Shown piece by piece: positions 1-9,820 of a stretch of 64,000 bases of DNA. The notes under the pieces are model-generated. The model did not search any database, was not told where the DNA came from, and worked only from the letters and a program-made list of their open reading frames with translations. Positions within the stretch are counted from its first letter, which is position 1, and each line of letters starts with the position of its first letter. Position numbers and translations under genes: made by a program. Source of the DNA: Curvularia clavata (taxonomy: Eukaryota); assembly GCA_023920165.1 (NCBI GenBank), contig CP089278.1, forward strand, positions 2,976,001 through 3,040,000. The letters are read 5' to 3'.

Positions 1-730
1 TTCGTCGGCCTTGAACGCCGTTATCGCTTGCTCGAGGTTGTAGCCTGCTTGCTCAAGATATAAAAGAGCAACGTCATATCTGTGACTTGAATTAGCACTC
101 GTCACTCGTTGTCACAAGATAGACGACTTACTCTGCCACCTTGCATTTGACCATGAACTTTCTCAGCTTAGTCTTTTTGATTTCTTCTTCCTCGCCCTCC
201 AGTGGGCGCGGGCTAAGACTGACTCCACCTTTGTAGTATTCGCCAGGTATGAGGATCGTTCTGCGCGCGGCTAGCAGGTGGTCGGCAAATAAGTTATTCG
301 TTCGGCGTAGGGCATCAGCGGGTACACCATATCGAAGCGATAGCGATAGTATCGAGTCGTTGTTCTGGTCGACAAAATGCAGCACGTCGGGCGCATCTTC
401 GCTGTTTATTTTAGGCTTCTCTAGTGGAGTTTGCAAAGTATTGTGTGCTGAGTAGGGTGGTAACTCGTCATCGACCGACTGCTCGTTTGGTGGCGAATAG
501 GTAGGAGGGTCGCGGAGACCTTGTGGAGGCAGCGCTGATGGTCCTGTCGCTATCTGGCAGAATGGACAATAGTTCTGAAATCTAGGGTTATCGGTCAAAC
601 ACCGAGCACATATAGCACGACCGCAACAGTCGAGTCTACGCTCGAACTGTGCCGGTTTCTCCGTCTTCTCGTCGTATGTTGGTGGTATAGAAGTAAGGAG
701 CGCAGCGCACGTGCAGCATGCTTCAGACAT
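1..730 (-). CDS. Intracellular LysM (CBM50) protein with N-terminal RING-like Cys cluster and C-terminal UBA-like domain; 3' end runs off the window. Exons 730-132, 79-<1
   Basis: ATG at 730 (MSEACCTC); CxxC...LDCCGRAICARC...YCPFC; LysM motif HFVDQNNDSILSLSLRYGVPADALRRTNNL...ILIP; GT-AG intron 131-80 with GCTAAT branch site; exon 2 continues EYDVALLYLEQAGYNLEQAITAF. Confidence 0.8.
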
Positions 731-1401
731 TGTGATAGCGAAATGACAAGCGTCAGACGGAGGTGTGTAGTGCTGGACACAAGATTCGTAGTAAAGATAC
801 ACTGGGAGGCAAAGGACGTATGTAGTGCTACGTCATGACTAAAGCGGTTAGACATCGCGTCGGCACGTGAAGGCGCGACATGGACTCTGCATTTGTCAGA
901 ACAGGTCGTCCGTTCCAGTTACAACGAGCATGTCTGAGTCAAAACATGACAGGCTCTAATTGAAAGACTCTGCGATGGTTGTGTGCACCACATGCTAAGA
1001 CATGGTGTTGGTAGGCGTTCGAGTCCGGCGCGCAAGGGTCCAGCCGATGCTGCCATGCCAAGCACAGACAAGTTAGCGAGCGCACGGCCCACCACACCAA
1101 TTTCCCAGGTCAAACTCGAACTTTTGCATTCCCACCAGCTCTCCTCTACCGCTCACCACCCGCACCAGCCGAGGTATGTCCTTACCAACCCGAGTGCCCT
1201 TCAGAGCCTGGGGATGCAATCGCCGTCGTCCGCAAGGATGAAGGCGACACTGCTTCTCCTCTGCGACAAGAGCTGAAGAACCCTCATGCTTGCAGTCTGA
1301 GGGCACTCTCCACGCTCTGGCATCTGGAGGCTAACCACAATCCACGCGTAGATACCTCAGTCGCCCAACGCCGCCACCGAGAATCTCCAGAAACCGCCAA
1401 A

Positions 1402-2065
1402 ATGGTCAAGACCTCCGTCCTCAACGATGCGCTTAACGCTATCAACAACGCCGAGAAGGCCGGCAAGCGCCAGGTCCTGATCCGTCCTTCCTCCAAGGTC
1501 ATTGTCAAGTTCCTCCGCGTCATGCAGAAGCACGGTACGTCAAATTTTTTTTCATTCGCAGACGACTCGATTTTCGGCGCCGAACGACGTTGTGGTCACG
1601 CAAGTGTACCTCCATCCGAATCCGCATCCACAACCCATTCCCTGCACCCTTTTCGGGCTGATAACTAGTTAATGATCTCGATTCCCACGATCATTGACCT
1701 TTAAGTGTCCGATATATTGACTGCGGAGGACTTACACGTCTTCGGAACCGTTTCATGACGTCTGATGTTTATTTCGCCGCAACATACACTGACAATTTTG
1801 TTCAGGCTACATTGGCGAGTTCGAGGAGGTCGACGACCACCGCAACGGCAAGATTGTCATCCAGCTCATCGGCCGTATCAACAAGACCGGTGTCATCTCT
1901 CCCCGCTACAACGTCCAGCTCCGCGACATGGAGAAGTGGGTCGTCAAGCTGCTTCCCTCTCGTCAGTTCGGTTTCATCGTCCTGACCACCTCCGCTGGTA
2001 TCATGGACCACGAGGAGGCCCGCAGGAAGCACGTTGCTGGCAAGATTCTTGGTTTCTTCTACTAG
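1402..2065 (+). CDS. RPS22: 40S ribosomal protein S22/S15a (uS8). Exons 1402-1534, 1806-2065
   Basis: [38 protein letters not shown]...[19 protein letters not shown]...GKILGFFY; 130 aa after removing the 271-nt GTACGT...TTCAG intron. Confidence 0.97.
1653..1787 (+). ncRNA. snR44: Intronic H/ACA box snoRNA, snR44-like (guide for 18S pseudouridine ~106 and probably LSU ~1056)
   Basis: Hairpin 1: lower stem TCGGGC/GTCCGA, upper stem GTTAATGATC/GATCATTGAC, pocket arms TGATAACT and TTTAA complementary to conserved 18S UUAAA-UC-AGUUAUC. Hairpin 2: TGCGG/CCGCA with CTTACA arm, followed by ACA (1782-1784) + 3 nt. Yeast snR44 is hosted in an RPS22B intron. Confidence 0.85.
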
Positions 2066-2585
2066 GATGTTCAAGTATGTGGTGGAGTGGGACGCAATAT
2101 ACCCGGGCTTAGGCAAACAAATCACATGTATTTGGCTAAGTAGTCCATCATGGGAACGTTCGACGAAGAAATGACAAAAAGTTTCATGACCTGAGATGAT
2201 GTGGATGTGTATCTTGTAACATAAAAGTATACCTATGTCTGAATATTCGTGACTAAACTTTTTTAATTGTTAAGCTCTAATAATATGGGCCATTCACTAT
2301 CCAGTATTTTTCATGTGCGACTGAAAGGCAGAATGTTTTTTGGAATATTTATGTAATTAACTATGTAAGAGACACTTGGAGTCAAGTATGCTATCCTTAA
2401 ACGCCTCTCAAAAGCGTGTATACTTTTGAAATCAATCAGTCATTCATAACTCATAAACCCATGGTAATGCCTGGATCAAAGGCATGTTACTTTCCCAAAG
2501 AAAAAACCTGCTCATCCATAACGCCAATGCTGAAAATGCTCTCCATCTCCCTTTTTTACATGCTAGATGATTCCCTGCTATCCGC

Positions 2586-5348
2586 TTAGTCGTACAGATC
2601 CATGCCAGCGTCGTCGTCGTCCAACTCATGAACAGCGTCAGACTCGTCGTACATCTCAGAGTCGTCTTCGCTGTCAGTGTGGTTCGGCAGCACAGCCACA
2701 TGTCCCTCGTCGAGTACAACCCTGGCTGTTTCACCATCCTTGATAGAACCACGGAGGATGAGCACAGCAAGCCGGTTGAGGACTTCCTTCTCGATGAGGC
2801 GGGCCAGTGGCCTAGCACCGTAGGCTGGTGAGTAGCCTGCAGAACCAAGGTAGTCGCGTACTTCGGGCGTCATCTCGATGCGCACATTCCTTCCGTTCTG
2901 GTTGAGTCGCTTCTGGATCTCGTCCATTCTCACGTCCACAATGCTGCGGATCTCGCGCTTCGTGAGACGGTTGAAGATGACAATCGACGAGATACGGTTG
3001 AGGAATTCGGGAAGGAACCAGTTGCGTAGCGCGTTCATGACCATTTCCTTGGTGGTGGGGTCAATCTTGCCGTCGGGTGCGTTGGGGCGTGACAAGTACT
3101 CAGCACCCAAGTTGGAAGTCATGACGACAATGCAGTTCTTTGCGTCAACGATTCTGCCTTGTCCGTCGGTGATGCGGCCGTCATCCATGAGCTGCAGGAG
3201 GACGGTGAGGACTTCCTTGGCGGCCTTCTCGACTTCATCAAAGAGAAGGATAGAGAAGGGCTTACGACGGAGCGATTCGGTAAGCTGGCCTCCCGCATCG
3301 TGGCCGACGTAACCTGGTGGTGCACCAATCATCCTGCTAAGAGAGTGTCGCTCTTGGTACTCAGACATGTCAAATCGGATCATGGCCTTAGGATCATCAA
3401 ACAAGAACTCAGCCAGAGCCTTGGTGAGCAAGGTCTTTCCGGTACCAGAGGGACCGCAGAAGAGGAAACTTGGCGGTTGGTTGGGGTTGGCAAGACCAGA
3501 GCGCTGAAGTCGGATGGCGTTGGAGACGGATGTGACAGCCTCCTTCTGACCAACAACAACTTGCTGCAGATGACGCTCCATGTTGAGCAGCTTGTCCTTC
3601 TCAGTCGTCTTGAGTCGCGTGACGGGGATACCGGTCCAGCGGGCGACGATTTCGTTAATCTGGTCTGGGCCAACGGCATCACTGAGGAGAGACTCGCCGC
3701 CTCCGCTTGCCTGGTGTGAGTACATCTCAGCATCTGCGCGAGCCTTCTCACGCTCCAGTTCGCCGATGCGCTGCTCGACGTCTGGAATGGCGTAGTACTT
3801 GAGATCAGAGGCAGTCTGGATGTCGCGCATACGCTCAGCCTCGGCAAGCTTGGTCTTGAGGCCTTCGAGCTTGAGCTTCTGGTCTTGAATCTCTTTGCTG
3901 CGACCCTTTTCGCGTTCGTACATCTCACGAAGTGGCCTCAGCTCTTCCTCAATGTTGGCAGCTTCTGCGCGAGCCTCCTTCAGACGTGTCTGTGAGGCTT
4001 CATCCTTCTCCCGAGAGAGGGCATGAATCTCAATCTGGAGTTGTCGGTGGCGCCGCTCGAGGTTGTCTAAAGCCTCGGGCTGTGACTCTCGAGTGACACG
4101 GACGGCTGCGGCTGCCTCATCGATCAAGTCGACTGCGGAATCGGGCAACCGCCGTTGGGTTAGGTAGCGGGCAGCAAGAGTTGCGGCTGCGACAATGGCG
4201 CCGTCCATAATAGTGACACCGTGGTGCGTTTCGTATCGCTCCTTCAATCCTCGAAGAATGGAAATGGTCTCGGGGATGGAAGGCTCCTTGACAAGGACCT
4301 GCTGGAATCGACGCTCGAATGCAGCATCCTTCTCAATGTACTTGCGGTATTCACCCAGAGTGGTTGCACCAATGCAGTGGAGCTGTCCACGAGCCAGCAT
4401 GGGCTTGAGCAAGTTGGCAGCATCCATACCACCCTCTCCAGAAGATCCGGCGCCCATGAGGAGATGGATCTCGTCCACGAACAAGACTATCATCTCCTTG
4501 GACTCTTCAATCTCCTTCAACACTCCCTTCATGCGGTCTTCAAACTCTCCGCGGTACTTGCTGCCAGCAACTAAAGCACCAACGTCGAGAGATAGCAGCT
4601 TGCATGCTGCAAGGTTTGCCGGGACATCGGCATCGACAATTCGGCGGGCAAGACCTTCAACGACTGTAGTCTTACCAACACCAGGCTCACCAATAAGAAC
4701 AGGGTTGTTCTTGGTTCGCCTAGTCAGGATGCGAATGACTCGTCGTGTTTCATCTTCACGTCCAATGACTGGGTCGATCTTGCCCTCTCGTGCCATTGCG
4801 GTCATGTCAATGGTGAACTTCTTGAGGTTTTCGTTCTCTTCCTCGGCGTCAGCCGTCTTTGAGTCCACCCGTTTTGTGCCTCGGAGTGCTTGGATAGCAT
4901 TGTCGATCTGCTTAGTGTTGGGGACGTTGGACTCGGCGAGGATGCGTTGTATTTGCGAGTCCTGGCAGAGAGACATGATGAGATGGTCGACAGCGATGTA
5001 GCTATCCTTCTGGGTCTTGCTCAGCTCTTCCGCAGCGCGCAGCACCTTGGCCATTGCTGGTGAGGGTGAGGTGCGCTCTGGCGGAGGATCTTGGCTTGGT
5101 AACCGGACCATGGCCTTCTTGAGGTTGCGCTCAAAAGCTTGTGGATCGCCATTTGCGCGTTCGAGTACTTGCTTGAATAGCGGTGGCGGTGGTACGTCGA
5201 CTGTGTTTGCCAGGTCCTTGGGCGGATCTATTAATGAGACGGCGAGGTGTAGAGGAGTGAGTTGTGAGTGCGCATAGCCCTTGGCAAGATCAAAGCTGTC
5301 TGCCAAAGCCTTTGCTGCTCGGTCGGTGTAGGCGTCGAATGAAGTCAT
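2586..5348 (-). CDS. HSP104: Hsp104/ClpB AAA+ disaggregase, 920 aa, intronless
   Basis: Two Walker A motifs ([16 protein letters not shown]), pore loops KYRG and GYVG, coiled-coil M domain, YGARPL, acidic tail; no mitochondrial presequence. Confidence 0.97.
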   Translation of the reverse strand: MTSFDAYTDRAAKALADSFDLAKGYAHSQLTPLHLAVSLIDPPKDLANTVDVPPPPLFKQVLERANGDPQAFERNLKKAMVRLPSQDPPPERTSPSPAMAKVLRAAEELSKTQKDSYIAVDHLIMSLCQDSQIQRILAESNVPNTKQIDNAIQALRGTKRVDSKTADAEEENENLKKFTIDMTAMAREGKIDPVIGREDETRRVIRILTRRTKNNPVLIGEPGVGKTTVVEGLARRIVDADVPANLAACKLLSLDVGALVAGSKYRGEFEDRMKGVLKEIEESKEMIVLFVDEIHLLMGAGSSGEGGMDAANLLKPMLARGQLHCIGATTLGEYRKYIEKDAAFERRFQQVLVKEPSIPETISILRGLKERYETHHGVTIMDGAIVAAATLAARYLTQRRLPDSAVDLIDEAAAAVRVTRESQPEALDNLERRHRQLQIEIHALSREKDEASQTRLKEARAEAANIEEELRPLREMYEREKGRSKEIQDQKLKLEGLKTKLAEAERMRDIQTASDLKYYAIPDVEQRIGELEREKARADAEMYSHQASGGGESLLSDAVGPDQINEIVARWTGIPVTRLKTTEKDKLLNMERHLQQVVVGQKEAVTSVSNAIRLQRSGLANPNQPPSFLFCGPSGTGKTLLTKALAEFLFDDPKAMIRFDMSEYQERHSLSRMIGAPPGYVGHDAGGQLTESLRRKPFSILLFDEVEKAAKEVLTVLLQLMDDGRITDGQGRIVDAKNCIVVMTSNLGAEYLSRPNAPDGKIDPTTKEMVMNALRNWFLPEFLNRISSIVIFNRLTKREIRSIVDVRMDEIQKRLNQNGRNVRIEMTPEVRDYLGSAGYSPAYGARPLARLIEKEVLNRLAVLILRGSIKDGETARVVLDEGHVAVLPNHTDSEDDSEMYDESDAVHELDDDDAGMDLYD

Positions 5349-5572
5349 TGTGATTGGTGACTAGCCTAATAAGTGGCCTGAAGCCAAAGAGAAAATTGTT
5401 CGCTGTGAGCGTGCAATTAAGTTTGTTTATGCACTCTATGGTGTGTGTGGGTATCTTTGCAGAATAGAACAGAGTCTGGTAGGGGAAGACTCGGGCGAAA
5501 TATATACTAGTGGTGACAGTTTGACGTTGCTAAAGGCGAAGGGTCAGGAAACAGCCAGTGAGGTGGAGTGAC

Positions 5573-5630
5573 TTCTCGTCATATCTCGAAGCTGGGCGTG
5601 CCTTCCACCTTGTCCGTAGAAGCTTCTGGG
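5573..5630. promoter_or_regulatory. Putative heat-shock elements upstream of HSP104
   Basis: GAAgcTTC at 5619-5626 and degenerate TTC...GAA at 5573-5590; TATA-like element ~5500; AGGGG (STRE) at 5481. Confidence 0.5.
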
Positions 5631-6870
5631 CACCTGCTGCAAGTTTCCGGTCACTGCCAGCATCCCCGCCAATCACGGTTACGTCACCGCTTGGCACGCC
5701 TTCCCCGAAGCAGCCTAGACTGACAAAATAGTCTACCCAGACATCGCGAGATGTCTGCCCAACAATTGTCGTGGGTCAAGAACCATGTTTTACCCCAATA
5801 CGGCAGCGAACAGCGTGTCCAGGTATGACTCCTCTGCGCTAGCCGCCTCATGCCGTGAGCGCCATCTGGGGCCTCATCGACACGTCAGTACCCGAAACAG
5901 ACGACAAGTCACTTTCCATCTCCACCATCGCATTTCCGCCCACTGGCTCAGACTCACTCACACGAGAAACTCGGTCCCGGTGAGCGCTGCCAACACGGTA
6001 CAATACCATTGGCGAAAACAGAAGGACTATGCCAAGTCCATCTTGCACAATCTAACGTGGCGTGTACGCAGTGATGGGGTGCCTCACAGTAATGTAGCTA
6101 AGGCACACATTCAGAACTTGACTATACGAGTTGTACTAGGGTGTCTGTGCTTTGGACTGCCACAACCACAATCTGCCACAAGCGCCGTCTCAGCTGCTGT
6201 CAACCGAACCGCATTTACTGCACGCAGCCTTATCGCCTGAAATTAAAGATAAATGTCGGCTCCGGAGTTTCAGTTCACCAGGCGTCATGCAATTATGCTG
6301 AGACACCTTTCTGCAATCCCCTCGCCCACGATCATTGCAATCAAGTTGGAGAGAGATGGACCGATTCAAAGTTGGCTGAAACCGTATTGCTTTTGAGGAA
6401 TGACCGCATCAACGACTTGGAAGGTGTAGTAGATGCACTATGACGAGCCTACCACTCTGTACATGGCCGCCACATCCTGAGTTGACTCTTCGCATATACA
6501 CAATCATACACGAGCAGTGGGAATTCTTTTATCCAGTCTCTGTTGCTGACGGTCGAGTCTGCATCGTTGCAGTATACCCAAAGACGAATAGTCCATGTGC
6601 TTGAACGGATCCCACAGGCAAAAAGAACAACAGCAAAAAGCTATTCAGAATTTAATCCCCGAATTTCTAACTTCACACAAATACACAGCACTGGTAATCT
6701 TTGCAATGTTGGCAACCAAATGATGAAGATGCTCGAATTGGGTATATTTTAACTGACTAACGTAAAGAAAGCGTTTTCATCGTCGTTCTTCTCTCGCCCA
6801 CATTTCAAGTGTGCGCGCTTTTCGCTGCATGGTGGTCATATACTTTACTCAAGGGAATTCATAGCGGACT

Positions 6871-8005
6871 TCAAGCCGCAGCCTTTGCATCTTTAGCATC
6901 CTGTCCATCCTTTGCCTTTGCGTCGTCGGCCTTGGCCTGGTCAGCCTGGCCCTGAGCGTCCTTCTGTGCATCAGCCGCCTTTTGCTCATCAGCTGCCTTC
7001 TGGTCCGCAGCCTTCTTAGCAGCATCGTCAGCAGCCTTTTGCTCGTCGGCCTTCTTCTGATCGTCAGCCTTCTTTTGCGCATCCGCCGCCTTCTGGTCCG
7101 CAGCCTTCTTATCAGCCGCATCCTGCTTGTTCTTCGCATCCTCGAGCGCCTTCTTCTCCTGCTCAGCAAGCTGCTCGTTCAACTTGTTGTCCTGGTCGTC
7201 GTTCTTCGCGTCCTGCAGATCCTGTAGGGCAGCCTGCCAGATGGCGCCCAGCTCGCCAGCAGGGTCCTGTTCAACATTCGCCCAAGACGGCTTGGCATCG
7301 AAGAGCTGGTAGCCCTTCGTCTTGAGTGGAAGCGATTTGTTCAGAGAGCCAGTGGCACCGGCAATGCCGCCGACGCGGGAGAGCTTGTCGAAAGCGTTGT
7401 TGCTGAGGATGTCTTGGGCAATGAGCTTGCGGCTGTCGAAGATCATGACGGTTTGCTGTTGGCGGCCGTTGCGGTTAGCAACGACGACGTTTTGAGCAAA
7501 GATGCTCTGTTCGCGGCGGTTGCCACGGCCGTCGTCAATAACGGTCACAATCTCCTGCACAACGAGCATGGTGGTACGGACGTCACGGAAGCGGTTCGCA
7601 AAGTTGCTCTTGCGGAAGAGATTGTTCAGGTCATTGTTGAAGCCGTTGTTGACCTGGTCAACAATCAGGACCTGCTGAGCCTGCTGCAGAATCTGCTGTC
7701 GAGAGCGGTCATCGACAATCTGGACGTTCTGTTGCTGGATCTGAACAATGCGTTCCTGCTGGTTGAAGTTGTTGAAGCCATCGATGAAGTTGAAGCCGCC
7801 GTTGTTGATGTTCAGGCCGTTGACAACCGAGTTGAGATCGATCTGGCGCTTATTGAGGCTCACGGCAGAGTGAGAGTTGATGGGCTTTGCGGCTATAGTT
7901 GGTCAGTTACCTATCGTTGTAGCACCATCCTAGTGGCAAGCATGAGGACCACTTACCAGCGAAGCTAGCCGCGAAGATGATAGTTGCAATGGCCTTGATA
8001 GACAT
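6871..8005 (-). CDS. Secreted N/Q-rich protein with C-terminal K/A/D/Q repeats. Exons 8005-7957, 7892-6871
   Basis: Spliced N-terminus MSIKAIATIIFAASFAAAKPINSHSAVSLNKR|QIDLN = signal peptide + propeptide + KR site; GTAAGT...TATAG intron; strong codon bias. Confidence 0.85.
6880..7165 (-). repeat. Coding tandem repeat encoding (D/E)QK(K/A)AD-like units
   Basis: Repeated AADQKAADAQKKADDQKKADEQKAADD; near-identical DNA units such as GCCTTCTGGTCCGCAGCCTTCTT occur twice. Confidence 0.85.
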
Positions 8006-9820
8006 GTTTGATATATTCGTAACGATTGGATTCGACTCGAACGGCAAGGTAAATGGTATTAAAGTTTGTTAAGATTAAACGTCACAGACGTATTGGTATA
8101 AAGGTAAGCAAAGAGTGTGTTAATGCAGACTATCAAAGCCGCTAAAAGAATCGAAAAGGGAATAAGAGGAAGGAAGGAAGGACTGAAGGCTTCGAGTGAA
8201 TGTGTGATGAGATGTCTTCCTACGCGACCCTACATACCCTTTTATCCATCTTCCTGCAGCCTCTCTCACACCACACAAGATTGTTACCATGCCCTTCAAG
8301 GACTACCCAAAACTGGTCCATCTGACACACATAGCGTGACTTGCAGACCATTTGTTACCGGCGCCGACCACACCCGCAGTGTGCCAAGCGGGATGGCTTG
8401 CCGCTTAACCTCCCGCCAAGAGTGCTTAAATCCAGGTTTTTTACGGCCTTGATGTCTGAGGTGTCTTTAAGAGAGCCTGAGGTTGCTTAGCTGCGGACCA
8501 TGTGGTATCCGACGGAGGGGCCAAGGCTCAAGGGTGGGGACAAGGACTAATCTGGGGTCGTGGCGTAATCATGCCTTAGCATGACCCTGAGGCAGGCAAC
8601 TTTTTTTTTTCTTACTTCGGCGCTGGGAGCTCCCGTTGGAGGGGGTAATGAAGGAGCGTGCTGTGAGACAGGGGTCAGGTGTGGAGGTGGGAACTGTAGG
8701 TAGGCGCGTAGCATCATCGTGGCGTTGTCTTGTTGTCGTTGATGAGAGTAGAGTCCAGCCAGAACTCAGGTTTTTCACCGTGCCATACAACGAGATGTAG
8801 TTCCCTTCAATCTCCGCTGAAGTTCTTAGCTATGATGTTCGCAACAATGCCAACATCCTCATTCTCCCCGCCCCAAACAAATCCAACCTGCCCATCTCCC
8901 TCTGTAACAACACCTCCCAAGATTTATCAAATCATCACCACCTCGCACCTCCACTCTAGCTTCAACCAATCAATCGATTCAAAAAATCCAATAAATCCAA
9001 AAACACTTCGTTGGCGATCACGACTGCCGGCTAAGAGCCGAGACGCCACTGAAACCCCACATGTATGGTCCGAGACCCTTGAACTCCTCTTTGGCGAACA
9101 CCACTACAAGATACAGACTAGTTTCGCCCAATGTGTCTCACACAGGCACATAATAGGTCAATAGGACTATGCATTAAGGCATCATGCCGATCAATCACTC
9201 GGAAGCAAAGGCATCCACGAGGCAGAGATATGCGCATGGGTTGGGGGGAGTTCAGAAGATGAAATATATAAAGTCCTTTTGAGGCAGCTCAGATGGAACA
9301 TGTCGCTCATCGACGTTTGTCGTCATCGCGCAGGCTGCAGATGAGGCTCAGTTTCGATGGATAAACGAAAGATATTGGAGACGTGATGGAAGGCTGCAGG
9401 ATTGACTTTTGTCCCGGCCCTTCTTTTAGTTGCACGATATCTTTAGCAGAGTAACTTCACGCATCATGAAAAAAAGTAATCAAGTCGAGAATTTTGATGT
9501 ATTTCATTCCTTATGTACACATCATTTATACACCTAGACCGTCTCTCTCCTTCGGTCTCTCCTCCAGTAAAAACACTTCATACTCAGACGAAAACATAAA
9601 ATGGTAATCCCTAAAAGTCGCGAGTTGTCCCCTGTCTCCAAAACGCCAAGAAATGCCTGCAGTAGCAGCTAGGCTCCCCAAGCGGGAGAGTGAGAAATCA
9701 AAGCCAACTGCTGTGTGTCGCTAGCATATACGGTCCTGCGTCCATCTGCTCACGTCGCTCTGCATACGAAACATCTGGTGAATTACAATCCATTTAGAAG
9801 AAAAAAGAAACCAACGCAAC

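Noticed and set aside
1745..1766. C/D-box reading of the RPS22 intron (GTTTCATGACGT-CTGA with wobble complementarity to LSU rRNA)
   Set aside because: No proper C box; the segment is explained as part of H/ACA hairpin 2
2628..5277. Long + strand ORFs opposite HSP104 (e.g. 4195-5001), and similar antisense ORFs over PBS2, DBP6, COY1 and the protease
   Set aside because: Shadow ORFs expected from GC3-biased codon usage of the real gene; no motifs of their own
9260..9370. TATA box followed by a 23-codon ORF
   Set aside because: No coding signature; could be an antisense or cryptic transcript but is unsupported
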